A stretch of DNA of 64,000 nucleotides, taken from assembly GCA_003427395.1 (NCBI GenBank), contig BFEA01000006.1:6776700-6840699 (forward strand). Direction: 5' to 3'. Positions 12,601 through 26,192 of this stretch are shown one piece after another; position 1 is the stretch's first letter, and the number at the start of each line of letters is the position of its first letter. A program made the translations under genes and the position numbers. The notes under the pieces were generated by a model. The model ran no database searches. It saw only the letters and a program-made list of their open reading frames with translations, and was not told the origin of the DNA. The DNA comes from Chara braunii. Lineage: Eukaryota > Plantae > Charophyceae.

Positions 12601-13952
12601 CGGGTAGAGGTTCCATGGTTAGGATACAGGCTCTCGCTTGAGTTGAGCACTACCTTTGAGCTCCGTGGTTGAGCAGAGGCCTCGCGTGGGTCGCACTGTT
12701 GAAGCACCACGACCGCTGACGGAGTAGAGAACTTCGCAATCGAACGCAGTGGGCACGAGCTGAGCTTTGGGGAGAATTGAGAGCTTTGTCGTGGGTTCCA
12801 TGGTTACCAGCCGGCGTTGCGGGTGAGCCGAGCGAGGCACTGTTAAGTGTTGTGGTCACGAACAGCGCTCTGCGAGAGCTGCAAGCAGCGACGTCGGGTC
12901 CTTTGGTTATGAGTCGAGCTTCTCCGAGCGCCACATCTGAGCTCCGTGGTTTTGCGCAGAGGGTTTGCGTGAGCTGCGCGGAAGAAGTGCTATGATCGCG
13001 GATAGAGTTGAGAACTTCACAATCGAGCGCAGCGGTTACAAGCCGAGAACTCGGGAGAGTTGAGCGCTTCGCGGTCGGGTTCGATGGTTACGAGTCGAGC
13101 GCTCGAGTGAGCAGAGAGCCGCACCGTCACGTTGTATGGTTGCGGGTCGAGCTTTTGGAGGAGCTTAGAGCTTCGCGCTCAGGATCCGTGGTTGCAAATA
13201 GAGCTACTTGGTGAGCTGGGGGCCACGCCGTCATGTCCTACGAGCCGGACTCTTGAGTGAACTGACCGATTTGCACTCGAGTTCGAACAGTACGATCCGA
13301 ACATCTCCTGATCACGGTCCTGGCGGACGTAAGAGCCAAGGGCTTCGAGGTCCATGCTTCTGGGATACTATTTTCGAACGGTGCTTCGACTTCTGCCACA
13401 TGTGCTCCGCACCCCGCAGGTGGGCGCCACCGGGTTCGTAGGCGACAAGCCGCTTACTGCGATTCTCGCTCCACGAACTTAGCCTTCGTGGGCAAGCTAC
13501 ATCACCTCTCTCTAGTGGGATTTTCTTTTTTTTTTGTTGATGCGAGGTTTGGCGCTATTCAGTTTGGGGCGTTATGTCATTCGCGATCGGTCAGATCGTG
13601 GTTCGCAGGTAGGGAGAGAAGGGGAAAGGGAGAGAGAGGAAGGAAAAGAAAGAGAGTAAGTGGAAGGAGAGCGAGCGAGCATAGGGGTAACAATCAGCCG
13701 CGTTGTCCAGTCATAGTGGAAATTTTCTCGTTGGGGTAAAGTTGATATTTTTTTGCCCGAGTGGTCGTGAGTTATAGGGCATTGATTGTCGTACCTTTGT
13801 CAAACTGTCCGGCGGGAAGTTGTGAGCAATGCAGAACTCTTCTTGTTTGTTATTCATGAGCTCGGTCCAACGTTGGAGCGATGAAATGCCTTCGGTGCGC
13901 GTTGTCTCAGTTCCCGGTGTACTCAGGTGCTGATGATAGTTCGTTTCATGCT

Positions 13953-14107
13953 GTGCCGCCACTAACCTGGGGACGGGTCTCCTTGCAGTTGTTGGAGCTG
14001 GTCATTGGAATGGTTTGTGCAGGTGCCGCCACTAACCTGGGTGCGAGCATCCTTGGAGTTGTTGGAACTAGTCATTGGAATGATCTGTGCAGGTGCCGCC
14101 ACTAACT
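13953..14107. repeat. 70-bp tandem repeat (~2.2 copies)
   Basis: GTGCCGCCACTAAC recurs at 13953, 14023 and 14093. Confidence 0.9.
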
Positions 14108-14401
14108 TGTGCAAGAGTCCATCTCGCAGCTGTCGGGGCCGGTTGCTGGAATGCTTTGAGCGAGCGTTGAGGTCGGGCCCTCCGAATGAGAACCGCCGTA
14201 AGCGTATGAGGCCTGGGACTTAGGCCTGCAATTATTGCTTATGCGATTGACGAGAACCGAGACGTGAGTATGGTTCCCTCAAGCTTGGGTTTATCTTTGG
14301 CCGGGTAGGGGGAGAGCGAGGGGAGAGCGGAGTGGACCTGGGCTTCGACCCGAGGTGGCAGGCGCTCAAAGACGAAACGGGCTCTCCCTGGGCGACAACG
14401 A

Positions 14402-15479
14402 TAAGCCTAACATCGTACATGCTGGAAAAAAAAATAATAATAATAATCCGACAAGAAATAATAAGAAAAACAGAAAAGGAAAAAAGTAAAAATCTAACGA
14501 AAATCTAACTGCTAACTACCCTAGACTGCCAAGTGTTGTGCCCTCGTTTTAAAACGAGGGTAGCTGTAAATACTGGCTCTAGCTAAACTTTGATCCCGAG
14601 GTCACAGGTTCAAGTCCCAGCCGACCACAATCGGGCGAAGGCCAAAGCAGAGCCCCTCGTAAAAAGGAGCTAGCTCGGGCCGGATGGATTCGATCCCCGA
14701 GTCTCCTGATCTTCAACCCGCACCAAAACCTACTGAGCTAGCTCCCACTTCGGTTAAAAGAGGAGCAGCTCAGGTATATATTGAAGTGGGGCTCGGTCCG
14801 CCTAGTGGCCTGAGCTCGCTTCTAAGTCTGCGGGTGCCCACGCTTGCCGGCCTGCATCCCTGTCTGAGTGCTTGTCGGCTTGAGTGTGTGTGTGACCCGC
14901 GTGTGTACTTATTTGACCGGAAAGCCCGAAGGGCCGGTACTTAACGGTGGCCGTGGCATTGAGGATTGCTATGAGGAAAACACTCAAGTGGCGGGGACAG
15001 AGGCCCGCGACACTTAAGAGCAGTGGGAAATACTCAAGTAGCAAGTAGGTCGGTACTACACAAAGTACAGATAGATGCGCCGTGTACCCGACTCGGAGGC
15101 CAAGTAAAGGATGACAAAAGTTGGTATTTTTAGTCGCCCTGTACCAGTAGGTAGACAGGTACCAAGCCAAGTCGCAGTGCGTGTCGAAGATCTACCCGAC
15201 ATAGTATTAACCCAATCAACCCCTCGATCCTTTTTCGGTCGGAGGGTATTACTACTGATTCTAATCATCACAGCGCGTCATAACAACGCGTGCGCATACC
15301 CTCGAAATTTTATCATCGACTCGCCCTGGCCTCAATGGCCGAGGAATTCGTTTCGAGTGTCACGCCAAAGCGCGCACACCCTTTCCATTCAGACTGGCTT
15401 CGTCATGGTAGTCGATGTCGCCTCTGTGTCGAATGCAAAAGTATGGCCAAATACCCTTGTAAGGGTATTTGGTCTGATA
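14402..15479 (+). mobile_element. LTR family B, copy 1 (3' portion)
   Basis: Highly similar to 28706-29369 joined to 43232-43626; ends with palindrome 15447-15472 + TCTGATA (decayed TCCGACA). Confidence 0.75.
14661..14746 (-). ncRNA. Candidate Pol III small RNA cassette in LTR B1
   Basis: Minus strand GGGAGCTAGCTCAGTAGG (A box) ... GGATCGAATCC (B box) ... GAGCTAGCTCC TTTTT; the 5' and 3' ends form an 11-bp stem; TATATA about 30-35 nt upstream. Confidence 0.55.
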
Positions 15480-18400
15480 GTATTTCCATACCCTATTAAG
15501 TGATGTCCCCGTCGCTAAGGACGTTTATCACAATCGTTCATACATTTTCTCTTGACATCGTTTCCCAAAATCAAATCAACTGATAAAGTATGACGAAATC
15601 GATAACACCACTGGACAAATGATACAATACAAAACAATACATGTACTTCTCTTTCCTGTTTGAAAGAGAAGATGAATCCCTTTTCCAAATAAGGCACATC
15701 TTTGATAAGTGGATAGCCAAATCCAAGTCTCTGGATTGAGATGCGGTCAAGATTCACATTGCCTTTCTTGGTACATTCCACCATCGTCGGGATTCTAACC
15801 CGTGTTTCCCACATACTGAAAGCCCTCAAAACCAAACTCAATGAACCAATGGTGGGGATACTGGATCTGTACTACAACGGTGAAAGTTACCAAGAAAGAC
15901 AACGATCATCTTTTTCACATCTTTAGACTTTCTTCCCAAATCCTCGTTGGTTGTCCGAGGAGTCATAAAATTTGCCCCTTTGGACGCGGGTCTTAACTTA
16001 AATCATATTATCGTCACGCCCGAAGTCTAATGCGAGGGGATCGACGGTATCGGTCTAAACCCACCACAGTCCAGTTGATCAGGCCAGATTTGTGTTCCAC
16101 TGTGATGTTATATTAACAGTGGTTCTCGTATTGGTTACGCAATAACGAGTAAATCCTCCTATCCTGGGTTTTACCTAGCTTCTAGACCTGACTCTCGACC
16201 CCTCTGGTAAACACCTGAGTTGATTCCCTCAGTAGGGCGGTCGCCCTTCAGGTCTCAACTCAAGGCCAAAACCAGAAGGTTCGCTGCTTGGTAATACTTG
16301 GTCAGCAGCCAACGCTGGGAGTAACGTCCCAACGATGCCAATTTTTCACCATAGCCTTGGTAATTTAGTCCCTCAGATTGACCTCCTTGAGAGGATGAAC
16401 GATGTTCATTTCAATATATACAAAAAAAAATCATAAATAAAATTATCCCCTCGTCAGGTTCCAACTTATTGGATGAACGATGTGCATCCCAATATATGCA
16501 AAAAACAATTTATAAAATCACCAACAAGAACAATTTTGCATCATCGTCAGGTTGCCATGTAGTGGATGAACGAGGGACATCGTCAGGTTGCCACTCAAGG
16601 GTCGTGTCTTCCCGTCTCGATCACAGCTCGGTCGAACACACGTCTCGAGGATTTTTCAAAATAAGTAAAACGAGCCGAAAACCCAAAATAAATATGATTT
16701 TTTTTGCTTTCACAATACCATTGATGCAAAAGATATATTTCATAACATCAACAAATCTGAGCGATCCCTATTTCAGGATCTTCTGCTTTTATCTCAGACT
16801 AACCCCATTATGATAGTGAACGGCACCTTTTTGCAAAATAAATGCAACTCGAATGTATTTCAAAATAGGACACATCTCATGTGTCTTTTCAAACAGGACA
16901 CATATCAGGTGTCTGTCCAGTATCAACAATAACATGATTTAAAATCAGATTCAACTTTTAAGATCACTGTCAAACTCCCTTTTTGGGGTTAGGTCTTGGA
17001 TAAAAGACTGATTCAATCATGAACCATACGAATATACGTGTAATATTTATGTGCGAGTATTACTCAAATCGCACTCGAGAAGGATTACACCTTCTCTAAG
17101 GTAGTCATCAAAGATCAAAATCATATCATGCCAATCAAATCAAATCCAACGCCGAGGAAACAAATCAAGAACAATTGTTACTGCACGCAGGGTTTTCCCC
17201 CTGTTTTCACAAAACTTCGACAATACAAATGCAAATGACTTTCTCCTACCATAAATAAGGAATATATCATGGATAAATAAGTAACATTACAAGTAAATGT
17301 TCAAATTGCAAGAGAAATAAATGACAAATTCAAAACATTCAATTAAATCATTTCAACCAGACACCAACTGGTAATAATGAAAACGATGGTTACAATAAAA
17401 ATTTTCACAATAACAATCACAATGAGGTCACAGAAACAACAATAATGACAACATAACACTTATTGCTCTTGTTGGCTTAACAGAGGTATATTGTGTCGAG
17501 GGATGGTGTAATCATGCCAAAGAGATAACATCTCAGATCCTGATCCTCGCCTTAAGACTGAGCCTCACCACATCTCCTTCCGATTTCAATGCTGAGACCT
17601 TATCAGTTTTCTGTCAACAGAGTAGAACAGCCCCATCTCACATGCTCAAGGTTGGTTAGGCCTTGACCATGGAGATGAGGTGGCCCTGCCCGACACAAGG
17701 TTAGGCAACCACGCCTTACCTCATGGCGAACAGCAGCTGCCTTTCCTATAGACAGCGTCCTAACATGGTTCCAAACATCTTTGTGTCCTTCGATGATTGT
17801 GTAGTCACTTCTCCTCTTCAGAAAAGGCGACAACACCTCACTATGGACCAGAAACATTGTGCCGGCGTGAGTCTCACTACCACCTACGGGACTTTTTTAT
17901 ACCCTCTTTAAGCGGCTTGGAAAAGTATCAATTAACGTTGCAATCTTTCAAAGGACAGATTTTGCATGCTGACCTCCCTTGAGAGAATTTCTTCTCTTCA
18001 AAGGTGGGTCACTTCATTCACCTCCGGCCCCATGTTAAACATGAATTTCATACATTTTTTTTTATCCTTATTGAAGAAAGCAATTCATAAACATAGTCAG
18101 TCAGGTACAAACAATCAGCAAGCAATCGATAAATATGTGTACATAATAAGTTACAAATTTCACTCAACAAAGAACAGAACATACAATGATACATCACTTG
18201 AAACATATATTATTCATTTTCACATGCATTCATTCATACCCAGTCATATGCATTCCTCATAGTGGGAATAAGTAGTTTTATCACTCTTTATATAATAATG
18301 TAATTCAAGGAGTTGGTTATCCCTTAAGTGGATACTCTCATACTCTGATCATATTGAGTATAGCAAAAGAGATAGTTATTTAAGTAGATAGTCCAATGAT

Positions 18401-20099
18401 ACAATTTTCAATGCTTGACTAACTGATAAAGTTCGAGTTCATTCATATCTCTTTCAAGAATCCGATAAATCTAATCGGACTCTTTATGCAATGATTCCTA
18501 AAGTTAAATCATTATCATACTTTATCATGCACAACCTCAAACGGATATGTATTTTTCAAGTAGATGAACTAATAATACGCTCGTTATATTATTCGCCCCT
18601 TAGGATTAATCATTCACTAAGTGGTTGATGAAATAGTTAATTTATATCTTATGATTTTCTAAGGGTTAAATATTTTTTCAATAAATAACCCTACCAACAA
18701 ACTCTATATCACATCACCATAATATTATAAACTTATTTTTACTAACTAGTCAGCCTCTAACTGTTGAAATAACTAAACATAGTATTGCCCACTTGTATTC
18801 CATTTACCTACTCATATCATCTCGCACTCAGTTTTCTAGGGTCTCTTTACCATACACATCTCAACCTTATCCTTTCGAAATCTATACCAAAGATCGAGGC
18901 TCCTTGTACCAGAGTAAACCTGATATACGTTAGTTCACTGCCACTTGAACGTACCTATCAAGTAGATGGCTTTGCTACAGTATAATGTTGACAACTAGAC
19001 AACTCTATAGTATATGTATCTCACTATATTCAGTAAGTTTTCAGAGAGGGTAATTACTTTAGGCAGATAGTCCAAAGCTCATAGGCCTTACGACATAACT
19101 TCCAGAGTCAGACTAGTATCGAGAAAACGAGTCTATCACGAAGACCTACATAAGATATCTTTAAAATTAGATGGTCCATTTTTATTTTGTAAGTAATAAT
19201 TAATAGGGTTAGTTTAATTTACAGTCTTATAGTCATAATATATGACGCATGTCTTTGCGAACACACGTGGCCTTCAACGAGGTAGCCTAACAACTATACA
19301 CTTTTCCACAACGGGTCTATTCGACATTCACATAAAGCATCAAACTCCAAAAGCGAACTAGCAGTACGCATTGCTTTTTTTTCCCTACCTCAACGAGACT
19401 TTTTCTAGTCTTTCAAGAGAGGTATTATAACGGCGGGGCATAGGGAATACATAATCTTGCATTAATCTTCATTGTATGGAAAAAACATTACTAAGTCAGA
19501 CTTACCCCTTTGTAGATTTTTTTCAATGATTTGGATTATGGATTTAAACCTCATTAGAACGAGTGTTCCGGTCCTGCTAGCTCAGGACAGGACAAGCAAC
19601 ACTTAAATCCACTATGGTTGTCTTTTCGACCATTCCCCTATATGGTGGGCAAGAGATAATTCTGCCTAAAAAGTTATAACATAAAAAGAAAAGTGCAGAC
19701 CCACTACATAGGAAAGCATCCATTGGTACGACCTACAAATCGAAGGGTGGATCATGTACGCACGATGGTGGTGGAAGCGCATGTCGAGAAAATTTGAAGA
19801 AGGACGGTTAAGTATAAGTAAGGAGGTAGGATGGAGATAGAGGAAGGAGAATCTTATACAGGAAAGTTTTAAAGCATGGTAAGGAATAGTATAGTATTCT
19901 TTGCAAAAGGTACTAAATCAATTTAACAGAGGAGGTCGAATGTTTGTGCTCGTCACTTTGATAACCGCATAATCCCATACCACCTTCTTTCCCTTCTCTT
20001 TTCTCATTTTCCCTCCTTCAATTTTTTTCTCCTTCTTGTGAAGTAAACAGATAGATCGTTAGTAATTACTCATGTCATCCATCAGTCATATCCAAACAA

Positions 20100-20740
20100 G
20101 TAGTAGAGTTACTCATACGGGACTATCCCTCTACTGCCCAAACACAATCCCCTCATTCCTTCCCTCGTTAGTTGACCCCCAAATCAATCATGTATTAGGA
20201 TGACCCCACGGGAGTTATCCTACTACCAATTTGATGCGTAGGAGATCAGTCAAAACAACTCTTAGTTAATTTTTTCTCATTGTTCACCTATCTTGCCTAT
20301 GCATTGTGTATGAGCAAGAGGCATGTCGACCCCACGGGAGTCCTCACTCCTCTTGTCAAGTGGCTTTCGCTATGCATATATTTAGTTAGTGGCGGAGATA
20401 AGGCAGTTCTCACGGAAAACCTCCTTTCCCCACCTTTCAATCAGACGGATCATCCTAGACTTAGGAATTCTTGTACTCACGCGGTGAGTACTTAATTTTC
20501 TTCCAAGACTAGTCCGATAGGTGATTAGGAGAGCCCCACGGGAGCCTCCTATTATCTTTGCTTATGTTAGTGGTCCTAGCCTGGAAGCCTTGTACCCCCC
20601 GGGAGTACCAGATTACCTCTTAGATCTAGTTTTGTAAAGTAACACAGAAGACGCACGACATCTTCCCGTTACCAACGCCGAAGTCAGACAGACACTTCAC
20701 CAGATCGTTACTTAGTCGAGTGAACTCTTACGGAAGTATC
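20100..20740 (+). repeat. Array of stem-loops with a conserved CC(CACG)GG-A apex and variable stems
   Basis: GACCCCACGGGAGT at ~20202 and ~20328, GCCCCACGGGAGC at ~20533, TACCCCCCGGGAGTA at ~20594, variants at ~20112 and ~20725; each sits inside a different inverted repeat. Confidence 0.6.
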
Positions 20741-21704
20741 CCATCATTTACCTCAGTCAGTTTATGCAAGCAACGTGACGACTTAACATGAGTCTCCATC
20801 ACACAAGGATCAAAAGTTCGTCATAAACCTACAACTTCTACATGGCTAAGGAGATACTGACAAGAAAAGTAGTATGAAAGCAAAATTCACTTAAGTCTGT
20901 GTACATCAGTTAAAAATAAACGGAACAGTTAGTCATGCGTTTATCCCTCCTCGATTCTTTGAGAACTTATGAGAGTCAATTCGAGTCATTAACCTTTTAA
21001 TAACTTAAGTTGACGAACGCGCCTACACAGACAAATGGCCCGAGTATGTAAACAGAAGAAAGGATCCAGCATACGCAGACACCTTCCTCAAATCGTTAAC
21101 CTAACTTCTACCTACTATGTAAAAGTATTACATTCACTAGTTGTATCCTTGACATAGACTCCTAACTATCCTATACCCTAATTCGTTCTTTAAGGACGTT
21201 CGTAGGCAGTTGAAATCCCGGACAATGCGATTTTCACCAACACCTGTCAGAACGATTCCAATTATAACTTTTTAATACCTAACGAATGGTAACTTCAACT
21301 CATATATCATAAGTAATTTAAGTTTATTTCAAGGTTGTCATTTTGTCGTGATCATCGTCTTACCAAACCTTAGTTCGTTCTCTGAAAACCTCGACTGGAA
21401 AGCGAGATCTTCGGCAACGGGTTAACCCGTTGCCGATAGGCATCTTGCATTATTAACGATAATCATGCTGATAATTAAATTAAAGGTTGTCGTATAGCGT
21501 GGACTTCAATTTACCAAACCCAGGTCCGTTCGCATATGACCCCGGCAGACAACCGAAGGTTCCCGGCAACAACGCCACCTGTCGCGCGCGGCAGTCACAC
21601 GCCCTGATGGGAAGCGCTGAACCTCACGGTCGTGTCACCCAGGATGTTTTGTTTGAAAATAACCAGTCACCACTCCGACCGTGCGCGTGTGCTATACCTC
21701 TCAC

Positions 21705-21903
21705 GACGCCCTGCGACAGGTCGGGACGTCGCGAGGTACAACTTACCTCTACCCGAGGGGTTGTCACCACTCTCAGGTAGGCGTATCCCTGTTGAGCTAC
21801 CGACCCATATGTGAAGTTTTTTACATGCCTTTGTAGAGGTAGGTCGGTCGAGGGCGTTTGATCGATTGCCGTAGCATAGGCATATGCGCGGTTGAACGCC
21901 TAA
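21705..21903 (-). repeat. Conserved structured segment, inverted homolog of 42853-43055
   Basis: Reverse complement aligns with 42853-43055 (CAAACGCCCTCG...ATGGGTCRGTAGCTC...AGGGATACGCC...GTGGTGACARCCCCT...AGGTAAG). Confidence 0.7.
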
Positions 21904-23534
21904 GACAGACTCGTTTACGTGTCGGACATTGGGATGTTGATCTCCCGGACCGACTTACAATTCAGGTCGACTCGACTGACGATCTTTCTCGCATACCGCG
22001 TCCTATTATATCTGAACTTATCCCATAAATTATATATGTTATAAAAGTCCTTCTAAAATAGCTACGTCCATGACAATTATAGTTCAAAGGTTGAGACTGA
22101 AAAGACAAGGAGATATTTTTTACATTTCTACGCAAACAGAGGTAAACATCAGAACGAACAGAGCTTTGACTTTTGAAAGAGAAACAATCAATAGACTCTT
22201 GGCCTTTCAAGCAAACATCACAAATAAAAGTAGGCTCATGGCCTGTCAAAAACATGTTTCAGAAATACAAGATGGATTCATGGCCTTTCAAAGAAAATGA
22301 CATGAATAAGGTTTTTGACCTTTGCCAATTATCCTAATCTATTCAACATCAAGGGGTAAAAGTCGAAAATCCAAACCAAATGTGCAAAGGTTACGAGTCG
22401 ATGGAATGTCTGAGTCGAGGCTCAGGTAAGCATAAGCAAAGGGAGTTGAGTGAATAACACGTGGTTGGTCATTTTACTGACCTGCACACAAAAGTTAAGC
22501 ACATTACACAATCCTAGCAGAGTCAACCATTCATTCACTTCCACGCACATTACACCTACGCTTTCAAACCTTTCAACCAGACATTTTATTTTCGACTTAG
22601 TCATTTCGAGGACCTCTTTTGATCAAACACAGACCCTTTTAGACAATGACCCGAAAATGAGAAATGTCATTTAGTGCAAAGGTTGATGCAAAGTGAGGGT
22701 GTAGAAGGTGAAAGAGGGTTGAGTTGGCGAACCAACCTGTTACCAAAAGGCAATAGCATGCAGTCTTGTACATACTCATAACGAGTTTTCTTGATTAAAA
22801 TGACCCGCAAATACACACAGGTCACAAGATCTCAACACCTCCCTCAGTATTGCCCTACACGAAGTTCATCAATGTGAACTTCAATTCTATCGGTGGACTA
22901 TAATATAGTCTGATCAAATGTAAGTATGAAATAAGAAGACTCCGACAGAAGCCTTCATCTCATACTTACTCAAGCAGTAGGATAACTTAGATATGAGTAT
23001 CCTACCACTTGTTTTAGTCTAACTAGTCTAGACTTAGGCAGACCATGGGATGACCCGCACAGGAGTACCCCACTTCCAGTCTGTCAACCTGACTATCTAG
23101 TATATGTATGTGTGTACAGACGAGCAGTAGGATGTTCCTCACACATGAGCTTTATCCTATCACTCGTTTTTGTACCGATATTTCACATCCATACATTCAT
23201 CAGATATAAAGTAGTTGAGGGTAGTGCAAGGAAGGGTTCACAGGATGAGAATGAGAAAGAACCTAATTTATCTTCTTGGTTTTTCGCATTTCTATTCTTC
23301 TTCCTCATTTTCCTCATCCTTTTTGCTTATCTCCTCCTTCATTCTCTTTTCTCACTTCTTCCTTCTTTCTTCTTTCTACCCTTTCCACTTCATCCTCGAG
23401 TCCTCCTGCCTAAATGACTTTGTGTGCACATGAATTTACCCTAGGCCAGTGTGCACGAAGGTGATCATGGCTCTAGCTAGGAACGGGGTTCACATGCTAG
23501 CAATCAGATGAGATGTGGACCTTATAGGTCAACA

Positions 23535-23536
<2 letters not shown>

Positions 23537-23577
<41 letters not shown>

Positions 23578-23631
23578 TAATGATAATAATAATAATAATA
23601 ATAATAATAATAGTAATAATAATAAAATAAT
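23537..23631. repeat. (AAT)n microsatellite; further tracts at ~25059-25087, 26124-26191, 26670-26723, 27220-27270
   Basis: Direct reading. Confidence 0.95.
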
Positions 23632-24016
23632 CTAGGCTACCAGCCGGGCCGCCCGGGTCCTGGGTGGCCAGCCCGTGCAAGGATAAGGTAAGGTCCCAGC
23701 AAAANNNNNNNNNNNNNNNNNNNNNNNNNNNNNNNNNNNNNNNNNNNNNNNNNNNNNNNNNNNNNNNNNNNNNNNNNNNNNNNNNNNNNNNNNNNNNNNN
23801 NNNNNAAAAAAAAAAAAAAAAAAAAAAAATCCAAAAATTCTGAAAAACAAACTATGTTATGCAAAAAAATAAACTGTACAACTTTCGCCTCAGGGTCACA
23901 TCGAAATTCTTCACTAAATTTAAAATAAAAAATAAAATTCAATTTTTTATTATTATTTTTTTTTAATTATTTTGGCCCGGTCGGGCAAGTGACCCCGGGC
24001 CACTATGGTAGCCTAG
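23632..24016. mobile_element. Non-autonomous DNA transposon (MITE, hAT-like)
   Basis: 11-bp TIR CTAGGCTACCA/TGGTAGCCTAG; 8-bp TSD AAAATAAT at 23624-23631 and 24017-24024; contains an N-gap. Confidence 0.75.
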
Positions 24017-24044
24017 AAAATAATAACAATAATAATACAGGGAA

Positions 24045-25058
24045 TGTGAGTGAATACACTACACAGAAGTCTAAGTTTGATCAAAACCCTTCAGGTCACA
24101 TCATTGCAGTATTCAATGTAGCTCATACTATCTGGTGCCCAGTCTACTATACTTATCATGCTTGTCCTACCTACGCTCGTGCAACAGGCTCACTTCTACT
24201 TCGAAGATCAATGTATATGACGTCAATACTAATGCCGACCTCCCACATACACCAGGTATGTACTCTCAACTCCTCCCATCGCCATTCTCAACTCATATTG
24301 CGCCTCCGTCCTGAAGAACACCACTGCTCACCACTCCCTTGTGTGTCGCAGTCCGCCTATAGTTGTTAGCGCCCCGCTGTGCTGCAGCGCTGTTGCACCC
24401 CACACTACTTAGTGCCTACGCGTACCCCAATCAGCGCTGACTCATGCAGACACTTACGCTGTCTTGCAGCAGCGCATCCACATCGCCTGTCTAGGCCACA
24501 ATGCCCTGGACCGGCTGGGCTCCTCCCTATATGAGAGGTGTTGCTGCCGCTGGACTGTCTGGGCCTGGTCCTGGAAGTGTTTAGTAGCTTTCGGTTGGGC
24601 CCCAGTGTCTGCGCCCAGGCTCGTTTCGATAGTCGAGGGCCTGGGCACGGTACAGTTGGACGCACCCAAGGTTATTCGGACCCTCAATGTTTGTTGCATT
24701 TGCATTGGCCTGCGGGGCGGACATGACGACAATGTTGCACTCTCATTTGGTTTGTGGCCACTTAGCTATGTGTCAGCCCCACACTTCGTGTGCCCAGGGC
24801 GCGACAATCCACCTCTTGGGCTCGGCGGCCTGACCCAGCTGCTTCTTCTGGAAGAGCAGAGGGGTGAGGCCCAGGCTGTACTCCAACCTGCTAGAGTGCA
24901 GCAATTGTCTGAGACCCACCTCGCAGGATGCTGAAACAAGCCCCTCTTATGGGTACTCAGGCCCGCCTTCACTTAGGGCAGACATGAGGCTCGCTGAGGG
25001 CCGCTGCTCAGAACACGTGCATGTCTAACAAGGGCCCCGCGAGGGCACTTTCGTCACA
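24045..25058 (-). mobile_element. Probable solo LTR related to the chromovirus LTR at 58620-59678
   Basis: TGTGA...TCACA ends, ~1.0 kb; shares GGCCCGCCTTCACTTAGGGCRGACA and ACCAGGTATGT motifs with 58620-59678; TSD not evident. Confidence 0.55.
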
Positions 25059-25096
25059 TTAATAATAATAATAATAAAATAATAATATAAAAACAA

Positions 25097-26122
25097 TGTG
25101 CGTTGCACTCAAGGTCGACAGTCGGTGGAGTCCAGGTAAGTTTCCTTTTTTAATTTCTCCATATCTCTCCCCTTTTCTCTCTTTGTCTCTCTCTTTGTGT
25201 CTGTCCATCTGTTTGTCCGCTCGCGTCCGTCTATCTATCTGTCTATATGTCTGTTGTTGCCTGTCTGTATGTTCTGTTTGTCTGTCGTTGTCTGTTTGTT
25301 TTTGTCTGTGTTTGTCATTATGTTTGTATGCAGGTACATAGACAGCAGCAGAACCAAGTAACCTGCAACTGTACACAATCCAGGCCCCTGGTTGAGAGTC
25401 AATCTGTATGACTGTGGGTAGGAGACCTGAGGCCAAACCGCCTCGTCAAACACTTCATACGGCTTGGTCTCCAAGATGTCGACATTCGGTTTTGCTACGC
25501 TGTTTTGACGCCGGTTTGACGCTGGTTTTGCGTTCGTCCTGCGGACGACGCCGGATTGTGGCAACATGCCGGCGTTGTTTACTCTGTGCGCTAGGCATTG
25601 CTGATGTGGAGCATCTCACTGATCTACATTGTTGATGTGGCGCATCTCACTGATCTACATCGCTGATGTGGTGCATGCCACCTGTCGACACTGCTGCTGT
25701 GGCACAGGCCACCTGTCGACATTGCTGATGTGGCGCAGGCCACCTGTCGACATTGCTGATGTGGCGCAGGCCACTTGTCTGCACTGTTGATGTGGCGCAT
25801 GTCATTCGTCTTTCCTGCTATGGCGTTGCCGCCTATCTACTGCTGGCGCGGCATTGGCCATACTGTCTGTATGCTGATGTGGCATAGGCCACTCATCCCT
25901 GCTGATGTGGCGTTGTCGCCCGTCTCTACTGTCGACGTGGCATTGGCCACGCTGTCTACTTGCTGTTGTGGCCCATGCCACTGGTCTACACTGCCTTCTT
26001 CGTCTACTAGTTATGAGACATTGTATCAGATATCACTTTCACGATTACTGAAGATACTGTACAGGTCTGAGTCTACCTGTACTACGGCATCTAATGAGTA
26101 ACTTTCTATCTGGGTTTATCAC

Positions 26123-26123
<1 letters not shown>
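25097..26123. mobile_element. Possible solo LTR with internal ~30-bp tandem repeats (TGCTGATGTGGCGCAGGCCACCTGTCGACAT, ~25600-25990)
   Basis: TGTG...CACA ends, ~1.03 kb, bounded by (AAT)n; no clean TSD. Confidence 0.4.

Positions 26124-26192
<69 letters not shown>

Noticed and set aside
14560-14746. Bona fide tRNA-Gln and tRNA-Phe genes
   Set aside because: No complete cloverleaf; only promoter boxes and anticodon-like loops are present.
15515-17857. Short minus-strand ORFs 15515-15841 and 17603-17857 as genes
   Set aside because: No recognisable motif, start context or splice support.
20100-20740. CRISPR array or CsrB-like GGA repeats
   Set aside because: Conserved core is only ~11 nt, spacing is irregular, there are no cas genes and the context is eukaryotic.
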